Source of the DNA: Raja brachyura
Lineage: Eukaryota
DNA length: 64,000 nucleotides
Assembly (NCBI GenBank): GCA_963514005.1
Contig: OY740783.1
Coordinates: 71,176,001-71,240,000, forward strand
Reading direction: 5' to 3'
The stretch's first letter is position 1. Each line of letters starts with the position of its first letter. The translations under genes were made by a program, and so were the position numbers. Shown here in pieces: positions 27,276 through 39,647 of this stretch. A model generated the notes under the pieces. It made no database searches. It was not told the DNA's origin and saw nothing but the letters and a program-made list of their open reading frames with translations.

Positions 27276-28149
27276 TAGAAAAAATGGATACACGATTTTT
27301 CGGATTGGAATGATTCTTCATACTGAAAAAGGGTCCTGACCCGAAACGTCACCTGCCTATTTTCTCCAGAGATGTTGCCTGATCTCTTGAGTTACTCCAG
27401 CATTGTGTGTCTATCTTTAGTAAAAACCAGCAACTTTGATTTAAAGTATTCTGTGCACCACGACCACATTTAATGTTTCAATTAAGTTAGTTTTATTCTG
27501 TGATGAATATATAATCATTGATGCACTGATTATTAAATACAGTCACACAAGACCCATTTAGAAGTATGGATTTCTGTGTTGGAGGAAGGATAGTGGATTT
27601 AGAGAGTATTCCTTTATTTGAAGTTTGGAAAGACAGTAGTCTTAGCAAAGCCACATCTATACACAGTATTAAAAATGTTCCAAAGTTTATTTCAGCATCA
27701 GTGGGCTTGATTGGATTTAGAGTACAGGAAATATGTTAAAATGCTTGCCAATTTTGTGGCAATCTTATACATTAAACCACAAAGTTAAAGTCTACACCAA
27801 AGTCTTCATGCAGCTCATCAGAGTTCATGTAGAGAATACAATTAAAGGTCCTCATTCTTCCTCAAGAATCCATAACATATCAAGTATTTCCCCCCCTCCT
27901 CCAAAAAAAAACCCACCGTTAAGAATAGAGGACATCTGAGCAAAATATAAAATGTCCAATACTTGGCCGTTCTTCTTGTTGGCTCTCTTTCCTCCCTCAT
28001 TTTAGCATTTGTGTAAATTCATGTATATTTATAGAAATTTACAGCACATAAACCTTTCAGCTTGTCTAGTCTATATCAGTCTTTCACTACATCAATTGCT
28101 TCTTGGAAAGATATTTCTCCTCATCTACCACTTCACAAATTTCAACTGA

Positions 28150-29645
28150 ATGGCTGTTCCTTCTGAACCTTCTGAATTTGGAGTCAGCAGGGCAGTACTC
28201 TGCATATCGCCAACTTGGATGTGTTGTGCATATTAACATGCTGTTAGTGCCCCCTTAAAACTGTCTAGTGAAGGTGATTTGACTACATTGTTGTCTAGTT
28301 TATTCCATTCCCTTAAGGTTCTTACAAAGAATGAGTTCTTATTAATATCTGTCCTGGCGAATGGAATTTCTATTTGCATATCATTTCTTTTTCTTGTTCT
28401 CCTTTCTGTTGAGTATGTTATGTATCTATCTGCAATTATGCCCACGATCCCCTTTTGAATCTTGTACCACAAGGCTAGTCTGTTCCCTGCCCTTCTTGTT
28501 TCCAGTGTTTCCCACTCCAGGTCGGACAGCATCTGGGTGACACTGCTATCTCTATTGTAGCTCCCGATGCAAAAGCGTGCTGCTTTCTTCTGTTTGTTGA
28601 TATGACCAGTTTTTCTAGTTTGTTGATATGACCAGTTTTGTATGGGTCCCAGGCGCATGAAGCATATTCCAGTAAGGGTCTAAGCAATGTTGTATATGAT
28701 GTGCTTTTCACTTCCTTTAGGCAGAACCAGAGGCTTCGTCTAAGGAATCCTAGTGTCCAGTTGGCTTTAGTGACCGTGTTGTCCACGTGTTCCCTCCACG
28801 AAAGCTTGTTATCAAGATGAACTCCAAGGTATGGTTGTGAACTTGTACGATGAAGTATTTGTCCACAGAAGGCATAGTCTCGAGTAGGTGGTTTCTTCTT
28901 GTTTGAAATTACTATAATAGTCCATTTGAAGCTCATCTTTCCATGCATTTTGCCATAATTCCAAGGACTTAAGGTCTTCTTGTTAGGAGTTCATATCCTC
29001 TACATCAATGACAGGTGTATATACAAGGCAATCATCTGCGAAGAGTCTTGTTTTACAATTTATGTGTTCAGGTAGATCATTACTGTACGTCAAGAACAAC
29101 AGTGGTCCGAGGACCGTGCCTTGCGGTACTCCTGACAGTACTTGTTCTTCTGAAGAAATGTTTCCTTCACAGGCCACCCTCTGTGTCCGGTTTGTTAGAA
29201 AGTCCCTAGTCCAGTTATGCAGACTATTTCTGATGCCATAATAAACCAGTTTTTCTAGGAGCCTTTCATGAGGAACTTTATCGAACACTTTCGAAAAGTC
29301 CAGGATTGCCATATGTATAGATTTCCCCTTATCTAATGCCCTTGTGATGTCATCAATAGTGACAATAAGTTGTGTTTCCCTTGAACAGTTTGCTCTGAAG
29401 CCATGTTGTGAGTCCACCAGTATCCTATTCTTTTCAAAATAGTCCATGATGTGAGAGTGCATGATGTGTTCCGTGATCTTACATGTAACACTGGTCAGTG
29501 AAATTGGTCTGTAATTCTCAGGTGCAGCCTTATTGCCCTTCTTAAATATTGCACAGATGTTTGCTTCCTTCCACTGTCCTGGTAGTGACCCACAATTAAT
29601 TGTGGACTGGAATAAATCTGTGAGTATGGGAGTATAGGAATCTGT
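28150..29645 (-). mobile_element. Distinct CR1/L2-group LINE, RT and C-terminus (frameshifted)
   Basis: NYRPISLTSV, SQHGFR, DFSKVFDKVPH, SGVPQGTVLGP, LFADD, RPLLEYASCAWDP, SVTQMLSDLEW. Confidence 0.9.
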
Positions 29646-31879
29646 GAGTATTGGAATAAATCTGTTCCTAGTCCACTTTATCAACTGCTTTCATAATTTG
29701 AAAATAATTTTCAGTTATAATAGATTAAAATTGTCTTCTCAGACCCAGCATGATAAACATCTTTTCATAACTACCATCCTTTATAATTTTATTTATCTGC
29801 TTATATACCTTCAAAATACATTTCTAACAAAGCCCTACATGTACAGTTCTCCAATTAATCGAATGAACATCTGTAGGAAAACTCTTTGGGTCAGCTGACC
29901 AGAGACCTGTTTTTACTCACGTGGCACAGATGTAGAGGGTTGGAGAACCAGACACTCTGCCACTAAGAGTCAGATGGTGAGGTGCAGCAGGGGTTCAGTT
30001 GTAACTAGGGCTTCAGTAGTGACTAGGCCTCAGGCAGTGCACTGAGGCCACGCCCTCACAGCCTTTGATTAGAAGCAGGATAGAGTCTGTCCCCTATCAA
30101 TGCTGATAGATATTTTTAATCAGTGTTATATAGATTATTCAGTGTCACTTAAATACTTTTATAGTTGCTCTAATAATTAAAAATTAAAATATTTTATTAT
30201 TTTTTCAAATAAATAACTAAGACACATAAAAATCCTTAGAAAATGATTATAAACATAACTAAAATAAATAAATTATATATCTTAACTTCCAAAAGCAGGT
30301 GTTGGAAATTTAAAGGCAGAAAATATTCAGCTCAGATGAAAAATTAATTATGTTTCTCTCTCCATGTCTGATTTGCTGGATAGCTTAAACTACTTACGTC
30401 CTCCTTACCTCAAGATTGGGAATCCAGTTCCATTTTCAACATATGTGACTAGTAGTAGTTTCCTCAGGTAACCTTGGGGATTTCCAGTGTCTTTGGGTTC
30501 TTTAGTCTACATGCCATCCATCAACAGATTGGAGTGACAAGGGGATTGGCATCTTTCACTTAATTTGTGCTGGAGTTATGGTGGGTCTGGACCTGAAATA
30601 TGTTGGAGTACCTGAAGACCAATGGTTTCCCGTGCAAACAAAGGGCATAGCATCATTTAGCCATTATTATCTTTAATCTTATACTGCATGCTACTATTTC
30701 CCATGTTCCATGTAATCCCTTTTTTTTGTTAATCAGCTGACACATTTTTAATGAGCCATACTTTTCTCAGCCATTGTACACCTTTGTAATAGTTCTCAGT
30801 GAGAATCCCCGAGGGCACAAAGTGCTGGAGTAACTAAATGGGTCAGGAAGTATCGCTGGAGAACATGGATAGGTGACGCTTTGTGTCAAGACCCTTCTTC
30901 AGACTTGGAGAGAGAAGAAAGTTAGAATAGGTTAACGTAGGCAATGGGGGGGGGGGGGGGGGGGTGTGATTGGAGGACGGTTGGAAAAGGGGGTTAACCA
31001 GCATCTGCATTTCTTTATTTCTCTGCTTGGAAACCTTGGATTACTTTGTCTCTCCTCAGCAAAGACAGATATCTGTACTAAAGTAACCATTAAGTACGGC
31101 CTTTACCCAGCTGTGGAAAGGATATGCGGTCAAGACCTCAGACCCAGCCCAAAACACTCAGTCTACTGGACAGCAGTGATTCCCTCCCTCCTATAGGTTT
31201 TTAACAATTGACATACCTAAAACAGGCACCTCGAGGCACAGAAGAGACGTTGGCACTCTGCCCTCACAAATCCTTCCTAATCCATTGCAAAAATAAGTGA
31301 AATCACATGTTATATCTGAACATACAAAAGAATGCAGTTTCCTCTTTTCAAAATACTTTTTTCCCTTTAGGCCTAATGAGTGCAACAAAGAGAGACTTAA
31401 AATAGCAGACCCCAGCTTAAATAGCAGAAGGATCACACTGCCTATACTCCTTCTCTTACTGTGGTGGGGTCTGCAGGTCCCACACTACCCTCATCAACCC
31501 ATCAGAACACTGAGAATGAGAATGGGAATGAAAGCTAGTAATCCACATACCTGAGCAATTGCCTCAGGCATCTGGATTTTCATAACCCAAAATGTATTAC
31601 CTTGCTTGTGTCCAAATAAAATTCCTTTTACCCATTCCATTAATGTGTTTGTTTTTGCCCACCTTCTTTGTCTAACGTCCTAATTTGACGTCACCTGGGG
31701 CAGGAGATACCTTAAGGGGTCGGCAGTGTACTCCTTACTCTATTTAAGCTGTGCATCTGTGTGGTCTCAATGAATGTTGAATACATTTTCAATACGTAAT
31801 CCCAACGCATCTAAATGTTACAGGCATGCACGAGGATTTAGCACAAATTCTTAGGTTTACAAATCTTCAATCTAGGGTA

Positions 31880-32170
31880 GGCTACAGTTTCTTCTCAGTT
31901 GCTATCAGGCAAATGGACCATCCTACAAATAACTAGAGAGCAGTCGAGCTATTATCTACCTTATTGGAGACCCTCGGACTATCTCTAATTGGATTTTGCT
32001 GGACTTTATCTTGCACTAACGTTATTCACGTTATTTCCTTTATCATGTATCTGTACACTGTTGATAGCTCGATCATAATCATGTATTGTCTTTCTGCTGA
32101 CTAGTTAGCATGCAACAAAAGCTTTTCACTGGACCTCGGAAAACGTGAGAATAAATTAAATTCAAACTCA
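31880..32170 (+). mobile_element. Rex1/Babar 3' UTR fragment (similar pieces at 17660-17935 and 53160-53260)
   Basis: Matches the 3' end of 48895-49970. Confidence 0.75.
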
Positions 32171-32624
32171 AATTCACATCAACATTTTGTTTTTTGTAAC
32201 TCACGCTGTTTCATTTTCTCTGATCTTACGCAGCTGGGAGTGAAGGCACGGTGTCAGTCGACTTACTACACCTACCAACTCGAACATTGCCATATTCATG
32301 TGGCAAGGGACAGGCTAAAGCCAGGATCTGGTTGGAACTAGGCACTTGCCCCGTGGTCTGTGAAGGGAGATAGAGGGAATACCAGAAATCCGGTCAATAC
32401 TTTGGTGGAGCAGCTTGCAGGAGAAGAGTGATGGTTTTGGAACATTGCATTATTATGGTATGTTCACAGACCTGCCATGAACTATAGTCTGGAAATAGCT
32501 TTGTGCTTTTTATCAGCCTTAAAGAACCATTGAGTGTTGCTCAATAAAGCTCTAAAAATATCAGGTTCACCAGGAAGAACAGGTTGATAAAGCTGCAGCT
32601 GATGTTTTTTTGTGACCATCAACA

Positions 32625-32935
32625 GTTTAGTTTAGTTTAGTTTTGAGATGCGGCACAGAAACAGGCCCTGCAGCCCACCGAGTGCACACCAACCAACGAT
32701 CCATGCACACTAACACTATCCTACATGCACTAGGGACATTTACAATTTTACCAAGCCAAATAACCTACAAACCTGTACATCTTTGGAGAGTGGGAGGAAA
32801 CCGAAGCTACCGGATAAAATATGCGGAGGTCAAGGGGAGAACGTTCAAACTCCGTGCAGACAGTACCTTTAATTAGGATCAAACCCGGGTCTCTGGCTCT
32901 GTAAGGTGCAACGCTACTACTGTGCCACTGTGCAC
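32625..32935 (-). mobile_element. tRNA-derived SINE (HE1-like)
   Basis: Reverse-complement similarity to 10975-11270; (gttta)n tail. Confidence 0.85.
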
Positions 32936-34159
32936 CAGCATTTAATTAAATTTCTGCAATGCCATCAGCCAAATTGTAAATAAAAACACTGAATGAACTA
33001 GCACTCAGAGCACGACAGAGGACTTTGTTGCGATTCATTTACCGGTGATTCCTGAGGCTGGAGTGTGCTCCCAGGTTTACTGAGAGGGATGTCCAGAGGC
33101 CTGTGGATCATATACTCACAGGGGATTGTTCACACAAGAGGTCATGGAGGACCATTCCTCCATTTTCTGGAAGCCAGAAACGGAGCTAGGCATGTTTGAA
33201 GGAATGGGAAGTGGGGACTGGAGCAAGGATGTTTGAGAAAGCCAATCCAGAGGTTACAGATGAGGCCAAGGGGATTAAATTCTGACCTTGAAAAAACTCT
33301 TCTGCATCCCAGAGGGATACAAACTGATCAACCTGCAGTTTGTCGACGGTGCTGGCTTGAAGGGCCAAATGGCCTGCACCTATTGTCTATTGTCTATTGT
33401 CTATTGTCTATTGAAACATGACAAAAAAAGATGCAAACTTTGGCAAGGCATGAAAAGCAAGGAAGGAATAGGGAAGACTAACTCCAATGTATCCGCCACC
33501 TAACAAAGTACTTGAAGTTTGTCATTATCCCCTCGTGGAACCACATCCCCAGCAGTGAAGCACTAGTTGCCCTGTCATCTCCATTGAGAAGGCCATGACC
33601 TTTGCAAGCCTGGCATCAAACACTGAAATAGACATTCTACTACGAGTTATGTCACAGGAAGAGATTACCAAACCAACAGTAAAAAGGACTCAATTATGTG
33701 CACCAAACTTCCTTGAAAATCTGCAATACCCCAACTTTACTCTGGGAATGGCTAACCCATGATTTATCATAATGGAGAAGGTCGTCCATTTGGGGTGAAA
33801 TGGAGGATCTCAACTATTTTCATCAGGAGCACCCAAATGCTATGCACAATTGTCAGAAAGAGGGCAACATCTTACAATTTATCCACCATCCCCCCCCCCC
33901 CCCCCCCCCCCCCCCTCCGCCCAACCCCCCTCCACCCATCTTGTGAAGTACCTCCTGCTCCCCCTGTGGAGGTGTCTATGGTTCCCATATTGGCCTCATC
34001 AGTCAAACTCAGATTCCAAGAACAGAAATGGAAGCAGGTCATTGTAGTTCCTGGGGAGGGGGAAGAAAATAAAAGAGCAAGAGGAAGGGGAACAGAAGAG
34101 GAGAAAGGGAAAGAGGAAGAGGGAGCAGAAGAGGGAGTGGAAGAGGAACAGGAAGGGAA

Positions 34160-34895
34160 AGGCCAAGGGGAATTGAGGAATGCTGTGGAACAGAGGGATC
34201 TAGGAATAACTGTGCATAGTTCCCTGAAGGTGGAATCGCATGTAGATAGGGTGGTAAATAAAGCTTTTGGTGTGCTGGCCTTTATAAATCAGAGCATTGA
34301 ATCTAGGAGTAGGGAAGTAATGTTAATATTGTACAAGGCATTGGTAAAACCAATTCTGGAGTATGGTGTACAATTTTGGTCACCTAATTATAGGAAGGAT
34401 GTCAACAAAATAGAGAGAGTACAGAGGAGATTTACTAGAATGTTGCCTGGGTTCCAGCAACTAAGTTACAGAGAAAGGTTGAACAAGTTAGGTCTTTATT
34501 CTTTGGAGCGCAGAAGGTTAAGGGGGGACTTGATTGAGGTCTTTAAAATAATGAAAGGGATAGACAGAGTTGACGTGGATAAGCTTTTCCCATTGAGAGT
34601 AGGGAAAAGAGGGCATGACATGAGAATTAAGGGACAGAAGTTTAGGGGTAACATGAGGGGGAACTTCTTTACTCAGAGAGTGGTGGCTGTGTGGAATGAG
34701 CTTCCAGCAGAAGTGGTGGAGGCAGGATCGATTTTAACATTTAAAAGTAAAGTGGATAGGTATATGGACGGTAAAGGAATGGAGGGGTATGGTCTGAGTG
34801 CAGGTAGATGGGACTAGGGGAAAATAAATGGTCGGCACGGACTGGAAGGGCCGAGAGGGCCTGTTTCCGTGCTGTAATTGTTATATGGTTATATG
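34160..34895 (+). mobile_element. CR1 3' end inserted in a purine-rich tract
   Basis: Open ORF2 C-terminus (QRDLG..LEYGVQFWSP); GA-rich sequence at 34050-34160 and 34895-34990. Confidence 0.92.
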
Positions 34896-35579
34896 GGAAG
34901 TGGAAGAGGAAGGGAAAGAGGGAAAGAAAGAGCAAGAAGAAGAGAAAGAGAAAGAGCAAGATGAAGAAGTAGAAAAAACGTGGAGGGGAAGTCTGCAATA
35001 ATAGGAGTGACATTGTTCAGTGGCACATATGCACTTTTTGAAGGCCATGAGTGACATCTGAAAGCAAAAACTGGATGTAAATATAAATTACTGACATTTA
35101 TTACAACCATGGAACTTTATTGGCAAAAAAAGAATAAAATTGAATTGTACAAGTAGGCCTTTGGGGGATATTGTTCTTTTGTCAGTTACAACTGAAAAGG
35201 CATGGGTTAGGTGTCATGACAACTTTCAAAATAAATATCTCCAAAGTTTAGATGATGTGAGGCATGAGGTACAATATGCTATCCAAATCAGCAACGAGAC
35301 ATGGATGTTGAAAGAACATGATTTTAAGGTTAAGAAACTTATTATTGTTTAGCAGTGAGTTTGTGTGATCTTGGATATGTCTGTGCCATATTTCCATCTG
35401 GCTGAGGTCTAGACCATGCAGTTGGATTGTTAAGTAATATCACTGCTAAAGGAATTAAAATGATGCAACACCATTGCCCCCTGTTGGAAACATTAATAAA
35501 CAATTATTATGGCACTAATATTCATGTGAAGCCAAATTACCAATGTCATATTTGTTCATCAATCATAAATAATTTGCTA

Positions 35580-36210
35580 ATCACCAGATGCTGGCAGTCT
35601 GAAATAGAAATAATTGGAAACACTCAACAGGTTTGGCAGCATCTGCGGGGGAAAAATACTGAGCTGACAATTCAGCTCAAAGACCCTTTGACAGACCTAG
35701 GAACAAGTTAATTTCTACTTGGAGAGAAAATGGGGAGGTGAATGGACAGAATATAGGGAATATTCCCAATTGTGTGAAATCTGTGTTGCCATGGAATAAG
35801 ATGGTGATGAAGTAACCCAATTGATGAATTGATGAGGCATGAACAAAGAAACATGAAAATCTGTGAGGTGAGGGCAGTTAATGAGTGTAAATACTAAAAG
35901 TTATGAAACGTAGAGCTATTGGGACTGCCAAGCACGTTTGTCCATTTGAATGGACGGAAAAAGTGAGTCAATATTACACATGGATGACCTAAGGCAAAAT
36001 TGCAATAGCTCTGTTATAAACAGTGGGGGTAAGTTACATGAAGGTTTTGAGTTGATGTAGTGCTTATGGAAGGCTGCAGTGAGCCCAGGTGGAAGATGAG
36101 GTTCTGTCCCTCAAGCATATGTTGGACAACAGTGTTGGAGAGGTCAAACAGATAGGTCAAATTGTGAGTGGGATGGAGAATTAAAGTGGCAGATAACAGG
36201 AAGCTCAGTT
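35580..36210 (-). mobile_element. Old Penelope-like 3' fragment
   Basis: Degenerate similarity to 8895-9200. Confidence 0.45.
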
Positions 36211-36539
36211 ATCTTTTTATTTCAGAAAGGCAAAATAATGAGGTTCCTAAAATAGAGAAAACAAATGGTAGTTAGCATAGCTTCCTGTAGAATAGTTTAA
36301 TATTTTTGGTGCTTTCACTAAAAAGTGATATTGATACAATTTATTGGAAATAATGCACAAAAGAGCAACATGGAATTTTACAGTTCTATAAATAGTTAAG
36401 AAAAAAGAGAGAAGTTAAACTGAGGTCTCGAGTGGTCTCTCAGTTGAATGTAAAGAATCCCATCTCACTTTCGAAAAAGAGAAAGGAATTCTCCCAATGT
36501 CCAATATTTATCCCTCACTCAAAGAAACACAAATATAGT

Positions 36540-37630
36540 TCAGATCAGTTCAGTTTTGTTTTATTTGTCGTATGTAGGTTAACACAGGGTCAACGGTACA
36601 ATGAAATGTGTTTGACAAGACAACGGGTCACCTCAGCAATGATATTACAAGGATAAAATTAAGGTTAAAAAAAAATTAAGATAAAAGTGACAATGGTAGG
36701 TAAAAGACAATAATAAATAAAATAATCAACATAGATGATATGTTTATGAGTTCAGAAGCCTGAAGGCATGATGATAAAAACTGTTCTTAAGTCTGGTGGT
36801 ACGTGCAGCCATGCTCCTATATCGTCTGCCTGATGGCAACAAGGAGAACAGTCTGTGTGCTGGGTGGCTGTGGTCCTTGATGATGCTGTGTGCCTTCCGC
36901 AGGCACCGCCGATGGAAAATGTCCTGAATGGCCGGGAGACAGTTGCCAATGATGTGCTGTGCCGCCTTCACCACTCTCCATAGTGATTTGCGGCTGTGGG
37001 CAGAACAATTCCCATACCAGACTGTGATGCAGCCCGTCAGCAGACTCTCGATGGTGCATCTGTAGAAGTTTGTGAGGATGCTGGCGTTCATGTCAAACTT
37101 CCTCAGTCTTCTCAGGAAAAAGAGCCGCTGGCGGGCTTTCTTTGTTATTGTGTCCAAGTGCAGTGTCCAAGAAAGGTCCTCAGTGATGTGCACACCGAGG
37201 AACTTGAAGCTGCTGACCCTTTCAACTTCAGCATCACCGATGTGGATGGGGAGGCGTCTATTCCCCTGCTGTCTCCTGTAGTCCGCGATCATCTCTTTAG
37301 TTTTGCTGACATTGAGAGAGAGGTTATTTTCCTGGCGCCAGCTGTTTAGTGCCTTTACCTCATCTCTATAGGCCGTCTCATTATTGTCTGTGATGAGGCC
37401 CAAGATGGTCGTTTCGTCACCAAACTTTAAGATGATGTTGGAGCTGTGCTTAGCAGTACAGTCGTGTGTGAACAGGGAGTACAGGAGAGGACTGAGCACA
37501 CAGCCCTGTGGTGCGCCGGTGTTGAGGATCAGTGAGGAAGAGGTGTGGCTGCCAATTCTCACCACCTGGGGCCTGCCTGTCAGGAAGTCGAATATCCAGC
37601 CGCAAATGGAGGTTTCCAGTCCAAGACCTC
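36540..37630 (-). mobile_element. Rex1/Babar LINE 3' part, little decayed
   Basis: 307-aa ORF 36744-37667: [39 protein letters not shown]. Confidence 0.92.
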
Positions 37631-38415
37631 CAATAGGATTTCGGGTCATCATCTCACTGCTGTACATGTAACATGCTTTGTCAAAACAATAAAAAGTATG
37701 ACTTTATTGGCCATGAGATACTTTGAAATTCCTGAAAGTCTTCACATAAAGGTTGTGTAAGAAGGAACTGCAGATGCTGGTCTAAACCGAAGAAGGGTCT
37801 CGACATGAAACATCACCCATTCCTTCTCTCCAGAGCTGCTGCCTATCCCGCTGAGTTACTCCAGCTTTTTGTGTCTATCTTCCATATAAAGGTTGTTCCT
37901 TTGTTTAAGCTTGAGTGGCAATATTGGGTTGAATCATCATTGATCATTGCAGACAGTTTAGAAGAGAATCACCAGCAAGGTGTTCTCTAAAGATCAACAG
38001 GTTCCTGATTTCCTCACTAACAGGTTATCAAAAGCACAGGGATTGTGCAGAAGCAGGAGTCAGATCCAACACACTCCAGCCCAATGTCCCACACTGAATA
38101 TATAATGGACACATTTATTTTAATTGATCTGAGTTTGCAGAATAATGCAGTGAATCAGTCTAACCACATGAATTTGTTCTGTCTTTCTAGGAGAATAGTA
38201 AGATTGAACGAGAACTTACCAGTTCGAAGGTTGATCTTTATTTTATGAGGAGTCGAAGTGAGGGATTTCGTGAAGAGCCCGCCGGCGCGCATGCTCGACA
38301 TACTTCAAAGTAGCGGCGTGGAATCACAGAACCAACAATAGAAATGACTTCGCATAGTATGATTGAATTGACTAAGATTACCAGATGAAGGTGATTGAGG
38401 GTTGGGCGAGGAGGG

Positions 38416-38528
38416 CACGAAATCCCTCACTTCGACTCCTCATAAAATAAAGATCAACCTTCGAACTGGTAAGTTCTCGTTCAATCTTACTATTTCATTT
38501 CGGAGTCACGTGAGTGACTTCGTGAAGA
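38416..38528. repeat. DIRS internal complementary region (ICR)
   Basis: 38416-38494 is the exact reverse complement of 38194-38272. 38492-38528 is the exact reverse complement of 43479-43515. The two parts overlap at ATT (38492-38494). Confidence 0.95.
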
Positions 38529-38670
38529 CTTCAAAGCTTCTGTGATTACACGCCCTGGACCACGTCCATGCTGACACACCACTACCAGGGATGGATGGGA
38601 GGAACAAACTTGCTCAATAGTTCATACTGCAAAACAAGAGCATATTTATTAATAACAAATCAAAAACCCC

Positions 38671-39609
38671 TCATGCGGGGACATCTCCACGTTTTTGACC
38701 TGCATTCAGCACGGCTTCTGCGAACTGTAGAGGAGCAGCAACAGGCTTGTTATAAAAACGCTGGAACACAGCTTCATTCGCCCATCCTGCTGTGGCGAGA
38801 ATTTGGTCCATGGGCACCTCCATGACCCTCGCCGCTGACGTCGATGCAGCCCTGGTGGAATGAGACTTGAACACATTAATGTCGATACCTGACTTACCCA
38901 AGACGACTCGAAGCCACCTGGATATCGTCTGGACTGTCACTCGATGATGAGGTCTCTTATGAGTGACAAGCAGGTATCTCTCCATTCCTCTGATGCGTGC
39001 CGTCACCTTGACATAGTGGCGGATATGTGAGGCTAAACATAGCCTAGCATCTGCGGGGTATGCCGGGAACTTCAGCTGCAGCCCTGTGCACCCAGGTCTA
39101 TGCTGCTTTAGTAGCTCGTCAATGAAAAAGACTACTTCTGTAGGGGTAGATGTCATTCTGTCGACACGAAGTTTGTGTAGTGTCTGTACCCTCTGAGCTG
39201 AAGTCAGCGCTAGTAACATCACCAGCTTCATGGTGAGTTGGTCCAGTTGGAGCCCTTCCATGGGAGACCACGTCCTGAGCAGGGTTAATACGTCCCTGAC
39301 ATCCCAGGTGATATTATAGCGTGGTGTAGGCGGATTCATATTGAATATACCCCGCATGAGTCTGGACACTAGCCTGTTGGATCCTACCCCAATCTTGAGG
39401 TAGAATGATAGCGCACTTCTGGCGCTGTTGATGGTACTGTAACTTAAGTGTTCATCATGGTGCAACCCCGCGAGGAATTCCAGGACGTCGGTTATTGTCA
39501 CGTCATCGTACGTGATGCGAGAGCGGCTGCTGTAGGCTTCCCACTTCTTAATATGCGAGCGGTATCTTCGCCTTGTGGACTCTCGACACGACGCCCCGAT
39601 GGTATCCAT
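38671..39609 (-). CDS. Tyrosine recombinase of the DIRS element
   Basis: Catalytic R (SAQR), HSTR, W (AGW) and Y (FQRFY) present; N-terminal core-binding region (LSYSTINSARSALS). First true ATG is at 39609 (accATGg); the track start at 39750 is TTG. Confidence 0.95.
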   Translation of the reverse strand: MDTIGASCRESTRRRYRSHIKKWEAYSSRSRITYDDVTITDVLEFLAGLHHDEHLSYSTINSARSALSFYLKIGVGSNRLVSRLMRGIFNMNPPTPRYNITWDVRDVLTLLRTWSPMEGLQLDQLTMKLVMLLALTSAQRVQTLHKLRVDRMTSTPTEVVFFIDELLKQHRPGCTGLQLKFPAYPADARLCLASHIRHYVKVTARIRGMERYLLVTHKRPHHRVTVQTISRWLRVVLGKSGIDINVFKSHSTRAASTSAARVMEVPMDQILATAGWANEAVFQRFYNKPVAAPLQFAEAVLNAGQKRGDVPA

Positions 39610-39647
39610 GGTCCGAGCCGAGAGGCCGTATTGGACTAACGGCCTGT

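Noticed and set aside
33759-34817. 352-aa ORF as a novel gene or domesticated CR1 fusion
   Set aside because: Chance read-through of a poly-C run and a stop-poor GA-rich tract into a truncated CR1 ORF2 C-terminus; no RT core.
38416-38528. Terminal repeats as LTRs or CRISPR-like repeats
   Set aside because: They are inverted, not direct, and are fully explained by the DIRS ITR/ICR arrangement.
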